Source: Verrucomicrobiota bacterium
GTDB lineage: Bacteria; Verrucomicrobiota; Verrucomicrobiia; Opitutales; Opitutaceae
Direction of reading: 5' to 3'
Length of the DNA: 64,000 bases
NCBI GenBank assembly: GCA_048498795.1
Contig: JBEHXH010000013.1
Coordinates: 24,717-88,716, forward strand
The notes under the pieces were generated by a model. It was not told where the DNA came from, did not search any database, and was given only the letters and a program-made list of their open reading frames with translations. The translations under genes and the position numbers were made by a program. Positions 11,021 through 19,008 of this stretch are shown one piece after another; the first letter of the stretch is position 1; every line of letters begins with the position of its first letter.

Positions 11021-11050
11021 CGCGAATGGGCGCAAACGCACGCGAATGGA
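11021..11050. repeat. three 10-bp-phased CGCGAAT-type units (CGCGAATGGG CGCAAACGCA CGCGAATGGA)
   Basis: Same heptamer family as the elements at 3481, 4528, 59771-60046 and 62270. Confidence 0.6.
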
Positions 11051-11131
11051 AGGCGAGCTAGGCGCGGGTCCTGGGCAAATGAGCTACATTAGCTGTCGAT
11101 GCCGAACCGAACGTACAACGGCCTAAAGTGG

Positions 11132-11181
11132 CTGCGGCATTTTGCCGCAGATGTTAAAGATTCTGCGGCTGGAAGCCGCAG
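11132..11181. terminator. twin hairpins with identical stems between convergent genes (probable bidirectional terminator)
   Basis: CTGCGGCatttTGCCGCAG and CTGCGGCtggaaGCCGCAG are 12 nt apart, between the dnaX-extension stop (10995) and the stop of the minus-strand gene ending at 11233. Confidence 0.5.
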
Positions 11182-11232
11182 CTACTTTGGCCGAGTGCAC
11201 CGGCGCGTTGCGGGAAAACGCGCCGATCTTGA

Positions 11233-12219
11233 TCACTTCTTTTGCTCGGCGGGCGGGGGGGACTTGGCTGGAGTGTCAACCACGGTGGGGATACCGACGT
11301 CGACCCGACCCTCTTTCACGCGACGGTTGAGCGCGGCTGGCTCAGGCATGTCTTTGCCGAAGTACGGACCGGCGCTGAGGATCAGCGCGGGGAGCGACTG
11401 AGTCATGTTCACGCCTTGCGCGCTCACGGTCATGCGCGTGCGCCAGAGGAGCACGCGCTTTTTCTGAGCGATGGCTTGATAGTCGTACGCGGAGGCGACG
11501 ATGAAGTAGATATCGCTGTTCGCTTGATCTACGAGAAACTCGTTGGTCGGGCTCTGGCGGCGGAAGACATTGACCGGATTCGCGAACTCAAAGGCTTCGT
11601 CGCTCATGATCGCCTGGCCACCGGGGACGCGGCTACCGGCATCGCTGGACTGCTTCATGATGGTGGCAGCTTCGAGCGCCTCGACGAATTGGTGGGTAAA
11701 CTTCACGCCGCCGACGAGGAGGGCGCGGCTGACGAGATTGTCGACCTTGGCCTCGTTGCTCACGGTGGGATTCTCCGCGTCGTCGATCAGTGTGCTGTGA
11801 GAGCCCCAGCTGTAGAAGATTGCGAGAGTAGGCGGTTGCTTGGCTTGCTCGGCGTCAAGGTAGCCGGCGGAGGAGAGCGAGCGGTGGAGGATGGCGTCGA
11901 GCTGTTCAGTCGGCGGCTTGGTTTCGCCGGCGGGGGCGTGGCCGATGGTGAGGTAGCCGGTGCAGATCGCAGTATAGTAGGCGGGGCTGCTCGACGAGGC
12001 GGGAGGGAGTTTTTTCCCGGCCTCGGTCATCTCTGTCATCACCGTGATGTCGAGCGAGGGATTCGATTGGAAGGATTTCGGCAGGATGTTGAACACCCAG
12101 CCGGAGTCCTTGGCGTTTTTCACCTTGGGGACCTCGTCGAGTTCACCGGCGGCGAAGGCCGTAGTGAGCGGCAAAAGCAGCACGAAGCTCAAGCAACGAA
12201 GCACAGCAGGGGTAGTCAT
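11233..12219 (-). CDS. secreted protein of unknown function, paralogue family A member 1
   Basis: The start is chosen at MTTPAVLRCLSFVLLLPLTTAFAAG (signal peptide). It shares YY..A..GY...G, a ...SAGYLDAE... region, DIYFIVASAYDYQ and WRTRMTVSAQGV...LPALILSAGPYFGKDMPE with the adjacent gene 12263-13234 and with 58837-59745. Confidence 0.6.
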   Translation of the reverse strand: MTTPAVLRCLSFVLLLPLTTAFAAGELDEVPKVKNAKDSGWVFNILPKSFQSNPSLDITVMTEMTEAGKKLPPASSSSPAYYTAICTGYLTIGHAPAGETKPPTEQLDAILHRSLSSAGYLDAEQAKQPPTLAIFYSWGSHSTLIDDAENPTVSNEAKVDNLVSRALLVGGVKFTHQFVEALEAATIMKQSSDAGSRVPGGQAIMSDEAFEFANPVNVFRRQSPTNEFLVDQANSDIYFIVASAYDYQAIAQKKRVLLWRTRMTVSAQGVNMTQSLPALILSAGPYFGKDMPEPAALNRRVKEGRVDVGIPTVVDTPAKSPPPAEQKK

Positions 12220-12262
12220 CGGAGTAAGGTGACGGCAGGTGAGCGCAGAAAGTTTCGCCGGA

Positions 12263-13234
12263 TCATTTTGCCTCAGGCTTGCTTGCCGGTGGCTCGACCA
12301 CGGTAGGAGCGCCCACGCCGACGGTGCCGTCGCGCACGGCCAAGCGGCGAATGATCTGGCTCTCAGCCATGTCTTTTCCAAAATAGGGCCCGGCGGCTGC
12401 GATCAATGTGGGGAGGGCGAGGTCTTGGCCGACGCCTTGCGCGGCGACTGTCATGCGAGTGCGCCAGACGAGTTCACGGTGATTGACGGCGACAGAGTGG
12501 TAGTCGAAAGCCGAAGCAATCACATAGTAGCAATCGCTGGTTGATTGCGTGAGAAGGAACTCGCTTTTCGGATTCGCGTCTTGAAAGCGCTTCACCGGGT
12601 CATCGAGCGCATTCATTATGGCCACGGCTTGGGCTGCGCCAAGATTGGTCCCGCCATCGCCAGGACTCAAATGGGTGCTCGAGGCATCCTGCACGTCGGC
12701 GGATTGACGCAGGGCGCTGGCGAGATCGGCGGCAAATTTGGTGCCGCCCACGAGCACCGCGCGTTCAAGGATATTGGGCCGAGGGTCGGTGTAAAATACG
12801 CCATTGATGTCCGAATCCGGTAAATAACTCGTCCCCCAGAAATAAGTGATGAGCAGACTGGGTTGATGCTGCGCGTCGGCCGGCAGGTAGCCGCTGTTGG
12901 CGAGCGAACGCTGGAGCAGCTTGTCGATATCCGATTCGCTCAGGCGCTTCTGCACAGGTACGCGACCGTAAGCCCGGTATCCACTATTGCGCGCCACGTA
13001 ATAAATCGGGTGATCTTTTTCGCCCGGAGGCAGTTTTTTTCCGAACAGCGAGACTTCGGTGATGATCGTGAGCTGGAGGTCCGGATTTTTCTGAAACGCC
13101 TTTGGCAGAAGGATGCGCGAAATATCGCGCCGCGGTGGCTCAACGGGAGTAGCATCCTCGGCCCGCGAGAGCAGTGGCAGTATCGCGAGGCCGAGAGCAT
13201 ATATCCGCCAAAGTCTGGTATGGTGGAGAACCAT
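12263..13234 (-). CDS. secreted protein of unknown function, paralogue family A member 2
   Basis: N-terminal signal peptide (RIYALGLAILPLLSRA). Clear similarity to 11233-12219, including WRTRMTVAAQGV...LPTLIAAAGPYFGKDMAE and CYYVIASAFDYH. The two form a tandem pair. Confidence 0.6.
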   Translation of the reverse strand: MVLHHTRLWRIYALGLAILPLLSRAEDATPVEPPRRDISRILLPKAFQKNPDLQLTIITEVSLFGKKLPPGEKDHPIYYVARNSGYRAYGRVPVQKRLSESDIDKLLQRSLANSGYLPADAQHQPSLLITYFWGTSYLPDSDINGVFYTDPRPNILERAVLVGGTKFAADLASALRQSADVQDASSTHLSPGDGGTNLGAAQAVAIMNALDDPVKRFQDANPKSEFLLTQSTSDCYYVIASAFDYHSVAVNHRELVWRTRMTVAAQGVGQDLALPTLIAAAGPYFGKDMAESQIIRRLAVRDGTVGVGAPTVVEPPASKPEAK

Positions 13235-13270
13235 GGAGAGTGGAGGTGGGACGAAGAGGAGAGAGGAGCG

Positions 13271-15061
13271 TTACTCCCAGCCGATGGGCCGGCCCTTGTT
13301 TTGCTCCTGCAGCCAAGCCATGAGCGGGGCGTAGTACTCCAGCATCGCGCGCGTGGAGAGGTCCTCGCCGGTGGCATTCTTCAAGATGGTGCGCCAGTCG
13401 TGCGTGGCACCCTGAATCATGATCGAGCGGAGGAAATCGCCGACCTGCTTGTTATTGGCGTAATTGCAGGACTGCGGCGGCTGATGAAGAATCTTGCGCG
13501 CGATGTAGTCGTGGAGCTGGTACTTGAAGACCTGCGCGAGCGCGTAGCTGTAATAGTAACACGGAGTGTCGTTGATGTGCGTCTTGGTGGCGGCGTCGCA
13601 GAATTCCTCGCCGCGCGCGGTCGGGGGCTCGATGCCTTGGAACTCGCGAACGTATTTCCACCAGCGCGCGTTCCACTGGTCGGCGGGGAGATTGTGCGCG
13701 TAGACGTCGGCTTCCCAGTGGGCCATCACGCCGGACGACCACGGGATGAACACGACGCCGGGAGAGAGGGCGTTGCTGAGGAGGAAGGCGGTCTCGTCGA
13801 CCTTGTAGTCGGCGGGCAGGATGCCGAGGGACTTCAGGTACGGCGCCTGCGAGGCGGCAAGGGCGATGAGCTCGCCGAAGCCCTCGTGGAAAGACGGATT
13901 CGCACCGGTGCGGAGCAGCGCGGGCACATCGGGCCGCGTGTAGCTCATGAAGTAGTAGCCATGGCCGAGCTCGTGATGCGCGGTCTCGAACCAGTATGGA
14001 TCGGACTCGATGCTCTGAAGCGAGCGGATGTCGTTATCGAGGTCGATGTGCCAGCAGGAGGCATGGGTGTTCTTCTTGCGCTTGCTGTCGGCGGCGACGG
14101 GGTAGAGGTCGGACTTCGTCCAGAACGTAGCCGGCAGCGAAGCGAAGCCGAGGCCGGTATAGAACTGCTCGGCAGACTTGATGATGAACTCGGGCGTGCG
14201 GTCCTTGAAGAACGGTGTGAGGTCAGCGCCCTCGGCCAGGCCGTCCCACTGCTGCGACCAACGGTTGGCGATCCAATGCGCGGGGATCAGCTTCGGCACG
14301 GGCTGATGATATTTCTCGGCGAGCTTGTACTTCGCCCACGTGTGGAGTTGGAGGTAGAGCGGACGCAGCACGCGGAGGAACTCGTCGTTGAGGGCGATCA
14401 TCTCCTCGGTGGTCACGCCGTAGTTGGCAACCTGCAGCGTGAAGTAGTCGTGGTAACCCATCTCCTGCGCGACGCCGTTGCGCAGATCGCGGAGCTTCAC
14501 GAGGCCAGGCTTGAGGGCGATGCCGGAGGTCTTCGACGCTTCCCACACGGCTTGGCGCTCGGCGAGGTCGGTGGACGAACGAAGGGCGTTGTCGATTTCG
14601 TTAGCGGTGACGACCTTGCCGCGGAGTTTGAACTCGAAGCTGTTGAGCGTGGACGCCTGCGCGGTCTCGGCGGCGATGCGATCGGCGACGAGTTTCGGGT
14701 TGGTCATCGGGCCCTCGGCGGCGTTGAGCAACACGTGCTCGAGCTGGCGCCACGTGATCTCGTTGAGCTCGGACTTATGCTTCAGGAGCTCCTTGGCCTC
14801 GTTGATGATCGCGGGGTTGCCGTTGAAGGCCGCGTAGGCCTTGCCGGCGACTTCGGACGCGGCGTCGTGCGCGGGCGTGACGTCGGTGGCGGCGTCCCAC
14901 TGGGCCTCGCTCTGTACGCGGACGAGGGCCTGGTAGCTGGCATTGACGAGATCGAGGAAACGGTCGGCGCGCTCTTGAATCGCGGAGCGGTCGACCGCAA
15001 ACGCGGTGCTGCACAGAGCGAGCGCGAGAATAAGGGGAAGTTTTCGCATGGGGACGAGCAT
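13271..15061 (-). CDS. peptidase family M2 (angiotensin-converting-enzyme-like peptidyl-dipeptidase), secreted
   Basis: Signal peptide (MRKLPLILALALCSTAFA). The zinc motif HHELGHGYY sits in an ACE-like context (about 590 aa) with a downstream third zinc ligand region (FHEGFGE). The true start may be the internal M at 15049. Confidence 0.75.
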   Translation of the reverse strand: MLVPMRKLPLILALALCSTAFAVDRSAIQERADRFLDLVNASYQALVRVQSEAQWDAATDVTPAHDAASEVAGKAYAAFNGNPAIINEAKELLKHKSELNEITWRQLEHVLLNAAEGPMTNPKLVADRIAAETAQASTLNSFEFKLRGKVVTANEIDNALRSSTDLAERQAVWEASKTSGIALKPGLVKLRDLRNGVAQEMGYHDYFTLQVANYGVTTEEMIALNDEFLRVLRPLYLQLHTWAKYKLAEKYHQPVPKLIPAHWIANRWSQQWDGLAEGADLTPFFKDRTPEFIIKSAEQFYTGLGFASLPATFWTKSDLYPVAADSKRKKNTHASCWHIDLDNDIRSLQSIESDPYWFETAHHELGHGYYFMSYTRPDVPALLRTGANPSFHEGFGELIALAASQAPYLKSLGILPADYKVDETAFLLSNALSPGVVFIPWSSGVMAHWEADVYAHNLPADQWNARWWKYVREFQGIEPPTARGEEFCDAATKTHINDTPCYYYSYALAQVFKYQLHDYIARKILHQPPQSCNYANNKQVGDFLRSIMIQGATHDWRTILKNATGEDLSTRAMLEYYAPLMAWLQEQNKGRPIGWE

Positions 15062-15150
15062 GAGTGTCTATAGTACACGCGCCACACAAAATCGGCGAAC
15101 GGCGCGGCACCGGACTCGACTCGGTGCGCGGGCCTTGCTCGCATCGCGGG

Positions 15151-17091
15151 ATGGTGCGCTCCGCTTCAGCTCCCGCTGCCTCGCCGTCCGTCGCCGCGGC
15201 GCATGGCGTGCGTACGTGGCTGGCGGCGGTGATCATCGTCGGAGCGGTGCTGCTGGCGTATGCGAATACGAGGCGAGTACCTTTCTTCTTCGATGACCGG
15301 GCGGCGATCGTGGAGAACGCGACGATCCGCGAGTGGTCGACGGCGCTTTTCCCGCCGACCGATTCGGGTCTCGGCGTGCGCGGGCGGCCGCTGATCAATC
15401 TCTCGCTCGCGGCGAACTACGCGCTCGGCGGCCTCGATGTGCGCGGGTATCACGCGGCGAATCTCGCGTTTCATGCGGGCGCAGCGCTGCTGCTCTTCGG
15501 CATTGTGCGGCGGACGCTGCGCGGAGCGAGGTGGCGGGATCAATTTGGCACCGACGCTGATGGGCTCGCGCTGGCAGCGTCATTGGTGTGGGCCGTGCAT
15601 CCGTTGCTCACGGAGTCAGTGACCTGTGTAATCCAGCGCACGGAGTCGCTCTCGAGTTTGTTTTATCTGTTCACGCTGTATGGGTTCGTGAGAGCGGCGG
15701 AGCCGAGTGCGCCGCGCTGGTGGTATGGGATCAGTGTGGCCGCGTGCGCGGTGGGCGTGATGGCGAAGGAGATTCTAGCGACCGCGCCGGTGCTTGTGCT
15801 GCTCTACGATGCGATCTGCGTGAGCGATGGATTCGCGGCGGCGTGGCGCGCGCGGCGCGGGTACTATCTCGCACTCATGGGGACGTGGGCGCCGCTGGCG
15901 CTGCTCATCGTGGGCGCGCAGGGACGCGGCGGCACGGTGGGTTTTGATGTGGGGATGAGTGCGTGGAAGTATGCGCTCACGCAGTGCTGGGCGGTGGTGC
16001 ACTATCTGCGGCTGGCGATCGTGTCGTGGCCGCTGGTGGTGGACTACGGCGTCGATGTGGTGACGAGCCCTGCAGCAGTGTGGCCGCAGGCTCTGTTGCT
16101 CAGCGTGCTAGTGGGCGCGAGTGCAGTGGCGGTGGTGCGGCGGAGCGCGGCAGGATTTTTGGGTGCGTGGTTTTTTGTGATCCTCGGACCGAGCTCCAGT
16201 GTGCTGCCGCTCACGACGCAGACGATTGCGGAGCACCGCATGTACCTGCCGCTCGCAGCGGTAGTGGTGCTCGCGGTGTTTGGGGTGTATCGCTGGCTCG
16301 GGCGCGGCGCGCTTGTCGGATTTGGAGGAGTAGCGGTGGCGCTGGGCATCGCGACTTTCCTTCGCAACGAAGACTATCGCTCGGAGATCGCGATCTGGAC
16401 GCAGACGGTGGCGCATCGGCCGGGCAACCCCCGCGCGCACTACAATCTCGCGGTGGCGTTGCTCGCGGAGAATCGCGTGGCGGAGGCGGAGCCGGAATTG
16501 CGCACGGCGGTGCGGTTGTCGCCCGGCTACACGGATGCGCACGTGAGTCTCGGGCAACTGCTCGTGAATCTCCAGCGGCCCGCGGAAGCGGTGGTGGAGT
16601 TGGAAGCGGCGTTGCAGCTGCGGTCGAATTCTTTTCCCGCGCACGTGAATCTCGGCACGGCGCTGGTGGCGACGGGTCGGGCGGCGGAGGCGCTGCCACA
16701 CTATCAAGAGGCGGTGCGGCTGCAGCCAACGTCGGCGCTCGCGCAGTTTGGGCTCGGCAGCACGCTGGCGGGACTCGGACGACTGCGCGAAGCGATCGCG
16801 CTGCTGACGGAGGCGGTGCGGCTCGATCCGCAGAATGCGGCGGCACAGCTCAATCTCGGCGGAGCACTCGCTACGCTCGGTGATCCGCAAGCGGCGCTGC
16901 CGCATTTCGAGGCGGCGGTGCAATTGAGACCGCAGGCGCCGGAGGTGCATTTCAACTTCGGCTTGCTGCTTGCGCAGCTTGGGCAAGTGGACCGCGCGGT
17001 GGCGGAGTTTCAGCGCACGCTGGAGCTGCGGCCGGATTTTGCACCGGCGCGCGCGAGTCTCGACCAATTGCGTCCGTATTTGCGCAAATGA
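15151..17091 (+). CDS. TMTC-like membrane protein: N-terminal polytopic (GT-C/PMT-like, DUF1736-type) domain fused to C-terminal TPR repeats
   Basis: FFFDDRAAIVENATIREW... lies in the first loop and is followed by ~9 TM helices. The C-terminal ~250 aa carry repeated A..Y/H.NLG.AL...G....A.....A..L.P TPR units. It is a paralogue of 56780-58720. The longer ORF would start at 15064. Confidence 0.6.
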   Translation: MVRSASAPAASPSVAAAHGVRTWLAAVIIVGAVLLAYANTRRVPFFFDDRAAIVENATIREWSTALFPPTDSGLGVRGRPLINLSLAANYALGGLDVRGYHAANLAFHAGAALLLFGIVRRTLRGARWRDQFGTDADGLALAASLVWAVHPLLTESVTCVIQRTESLSSLFYLFTLYGFVRAAEPSAPRWWYGISVAACAVGVMAKEILATAPVLVLLYDAICVSDGFAAAWRARRGYYLALMGTWAPLALLIVGAQGRGGTVGFDVGMSAWKYALTQCWAVVHYLRLAIVSWPLVVDYGVDVVTSPAAVWPQALLLSVLVGASAVAVVRRSAAGFLGAWFFVILGPSSSVLPLTTQTIAEHRMYLPLAAVVVLAVFGVYRWLGRGALVGFGGVAVALGIATFLRNEDYRSEIAIWTQTVAHRPGNPRAHYNLAVALLAENRVAEAEPELRTAVRLSPGYTDAHVSLGQLLVNLQRPAEAVVELEAALQLRSNSFPAHVNLGTALVATGRAAEALPHYQEAVRLQPTSALAQFGLGSTLAGLGRLREAIALLTEAVRLDPQNAAAQLNLGGALATLGDPQAALPHFEAAVQLRPQAPEVHFNFGLLLAQLGQVDRAVAEFQRTLELRPDFAPARASLDQLRPYLRK

Positions 17092-17135
17092 TCGGCGGAA
17101 ATTTGTAGTGGAAAAATCGTTACGAAGTTGTTGCA

Positions 17136-17528
17136 ATGACTCTCCTTCCTCTTGTGACGACCCCTGCCCAAGCCCTTGCCGTGATCGATGGTGCGCTGTG
17201 TCTGCTCGACCGCCGCGGCGGTCGCTCGGTGCAACACGCGCCGCTCGCGACGGCGGTGGTGGAGTTTCGCCGCGGAGCGCTGTGCACGTATGTGCGCGAG
17301 CATCCGTTTGGCCTGCTGCCGGGTCTGCCCAATCTCTACTGCCTCGACGGCGCGCACCGCCTCCACTGGATGGCGGAGTGGCCGGATCTCACCGATCCCT
17401 GCATGGCGATCGTGGGTGAGGAGCGCGGCGAATTGTTCGCGCAAGCGGCGTCGGGTATGCTCGTGCGACTCGATGCGCTGACAGGGAAACTGATCGCAGT
17501 CTCGGCGCCGGTCGCGGTCGCGAGCTGA
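17136..17528 (+). CDS. hypothetical protein (130 aa)
   Basis: ORF only; no recognisable motif. Codon usage is consistent with its neighbours. Confidence 0.3.
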   Translation: MTLLPLVTTPAQALAVIDGALCLLDRRGGRSVQHAPLATAVVEFRRGALCTYVREHPFGLLPGLPNLYCLDGAHRLHWMAEWPDLTDPCMAIVGEERGELFAQAASGMLVRLDALTGKLIAVSAPVAVAS

Positions 17529-17635
17529 CGTCTCTGGGTTTCGCGGGGCTCTTTATTAAGCGCGAAGACGCTAAGTTGGCGAAGGTTCGCGAAGAGTTTA
17601 TTCGGCGATTGGTGGCTGCGGCTCTTGGGTGAGCT

Positions 17636-18955
17636 TTACGGAGTGGGCAGTTTCCTGTCTGCGACGCGAAGTTGGGCGGAGGCTTCGGTGGCGATGATGG
17701 TGCCGCCGTGAAAATCGAGTTTGGTGACGGGGCTCGAGGTTTCGCCGGCGGAGTCGAAGCTAAGCGTGTCGGTGCCGCTGCCGGTCGTGTAGTCGGCGTA
17801 GCCGCCGGATTTGAACCAGAGCTGCGGGTGGCCTTTAACGGTGACGGATTCGCTGAAAGTGACAGTGAGTTTCTTGTCGGCCCGCGTGATGCTCGTGATG
17901 GCGGGGCCAGTGGTGTTTTCAGGGTCCCATTTGCCGGCGAAGGTCCATTTGGCGGTGATGTCGGCGGGCTTGAGCGTGGTGAGGTTGTTAGCGTGCCACG
18001 CGTAGTCTCCGCCGTCGCGGTGGACGTTGAAGTAGAGGAAGCGCTCGCCCCAGATGTTGGAGGGATCGGCGTCCTTGTTTTTCTTCAGATCGGCCTCGGT
18101 GGGCGTGCTGCCGTCGAGTGGATACATAACGCGCTTGGGTTGAGCATCGCGGAGAGTTTTCGAGAGCGTGGAATCAAGCACGTAGATCGCGGCGTCGTGA
18201 TGATGACGCGCGAAGCGCCAGCCCTCGACGCCGTCGAAGCGGCAGTGGGTCATGACGAACTTCATGTCCTGATCGCGGCTGCCATCGTGCCACATCGCGG
18301 CCTCGGCCTTCGGATTCACTTCGAAGAGATCGCAGTCGGTCATGTAGCACCAGCCGCGCGGGCAGACGAAATCGACGGAGCCGCAGACCTTGAGGCGAGC
18401 ATGGTAGTATCGGCCGTTGGGACTCGAGTGGTGTGCGGCGTCCTCGGAGAACTGGCCATTGGCGGTGCGCCAGAGGGAGAGTGTGTCATTGCCCTGGCTA
18501 AGGATGTCGGCGTCCTCGAGTACCGTGCGGTCGCCGCGGCCGTAGATCGCGAAGGCGTGCGTGCCGATCACGCCGTGGGTGTTTTGCACCGTGAGATTTT
18601 CGAGCACGAAGTCGTCGCCGTTGATGTTGAGCACGGCTTGGCCGAGATTGTCGCGATTCGCGCCGCGGTAGTCGCTCGCAGCTTGGGGAAACTCGATTCG
18701 CGTGCCCGCGCGACTCTCGCCGCGGAGCGTGACGTAGCTGGCGTCGACGCGGATTTTTTCATGATACACGCCGTCTTTCACGAAGATGAGGCGACGCTCG
18801 CGGTTGTCCTTGGGGATCGAGGCGACGGCTCCCTGCACGGTCTTGAAATCACCGCGGCCATCGGCGGCGACGGTGAAGTCTGGCTTGACCGGCCACGCGG
18901 ACGGGGCGCCGAAAGCTGTGAGCGTGGCGAGGACGAGCAGGGCGGGGTAGCGCAT
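17636..18955 (-). CDS. pectinesterase-like (CE8 pectin methylesterase family, right-handed beta-helix), secreted
   Basis: Signal peptide. QAVLNINGDDFVLENLTVQN matches the QAVAL...F region, ILSQGNDTLSL matches G.QDTLY, and GSVDFVCPRGW matches G.VDFIFG. These are the conserved CE8 catalytic Gln/Asp/Asp regions. Confidence 0.55.
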   Translation of the reverse strand: MRYPALLVLATLTAFGAPSAWPVKPDFTVAADGRGDFKTVQGAVASIPKDNRERRLIFVKDGVYHEKIRVDASYVTLRGESRAGTRIEFPQAASDYRGANRDNLGQAVLNINGDDFVLENLTVQNTHGVIGTHAFAIYGRGDRTVLEDADILSQGNDTLSLWRTANGQFSEDAAHHSSPNGRYYHARLKVCGSVDFVCPRGWCYMTDCDLFEVNPKAEAAMWHDGSRDQDMKFVMTHCRFDGVEGWRFARHHHDAAIYVLDSTLSKTLRDAQPKRVMYPLDGSTPTEADLKKNKDADPSNIWGERFLYFNVHRDGGDYAWHANNLTTLKPADITAKWTFAGKWDPENTTGPAITSITRADKKLTVTFSESVTVKGHPQLWFKSGGYADYTTGSGTDTLSFDSAGETSSPVTKLDFHGGTIIATEASAQLRVADRKLPTP

Positions 18956-19008
18956 GACAAGGACCGGTTGCGGGTACCTGCTAGACGCAGATCGCTCCGG
19001 GCGGTTGC

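Noticed and set aside
12863-15073. 736-aa plus-strand ORF
   Set aside because: Antisense to the M2 peptidase gene. It has no motif and a Gly/Arg/Val-rich composition.
16108-17136. 342-aa minus-strand ORF, plus the overlapping 15963-16883 and 16211-16846 ORFs
   Set aside because: All overlap the TPR region of the TMTC-like gene. The Arg-rich and Pro/Ala-rich translations are artefacts of GC-rich repeats.
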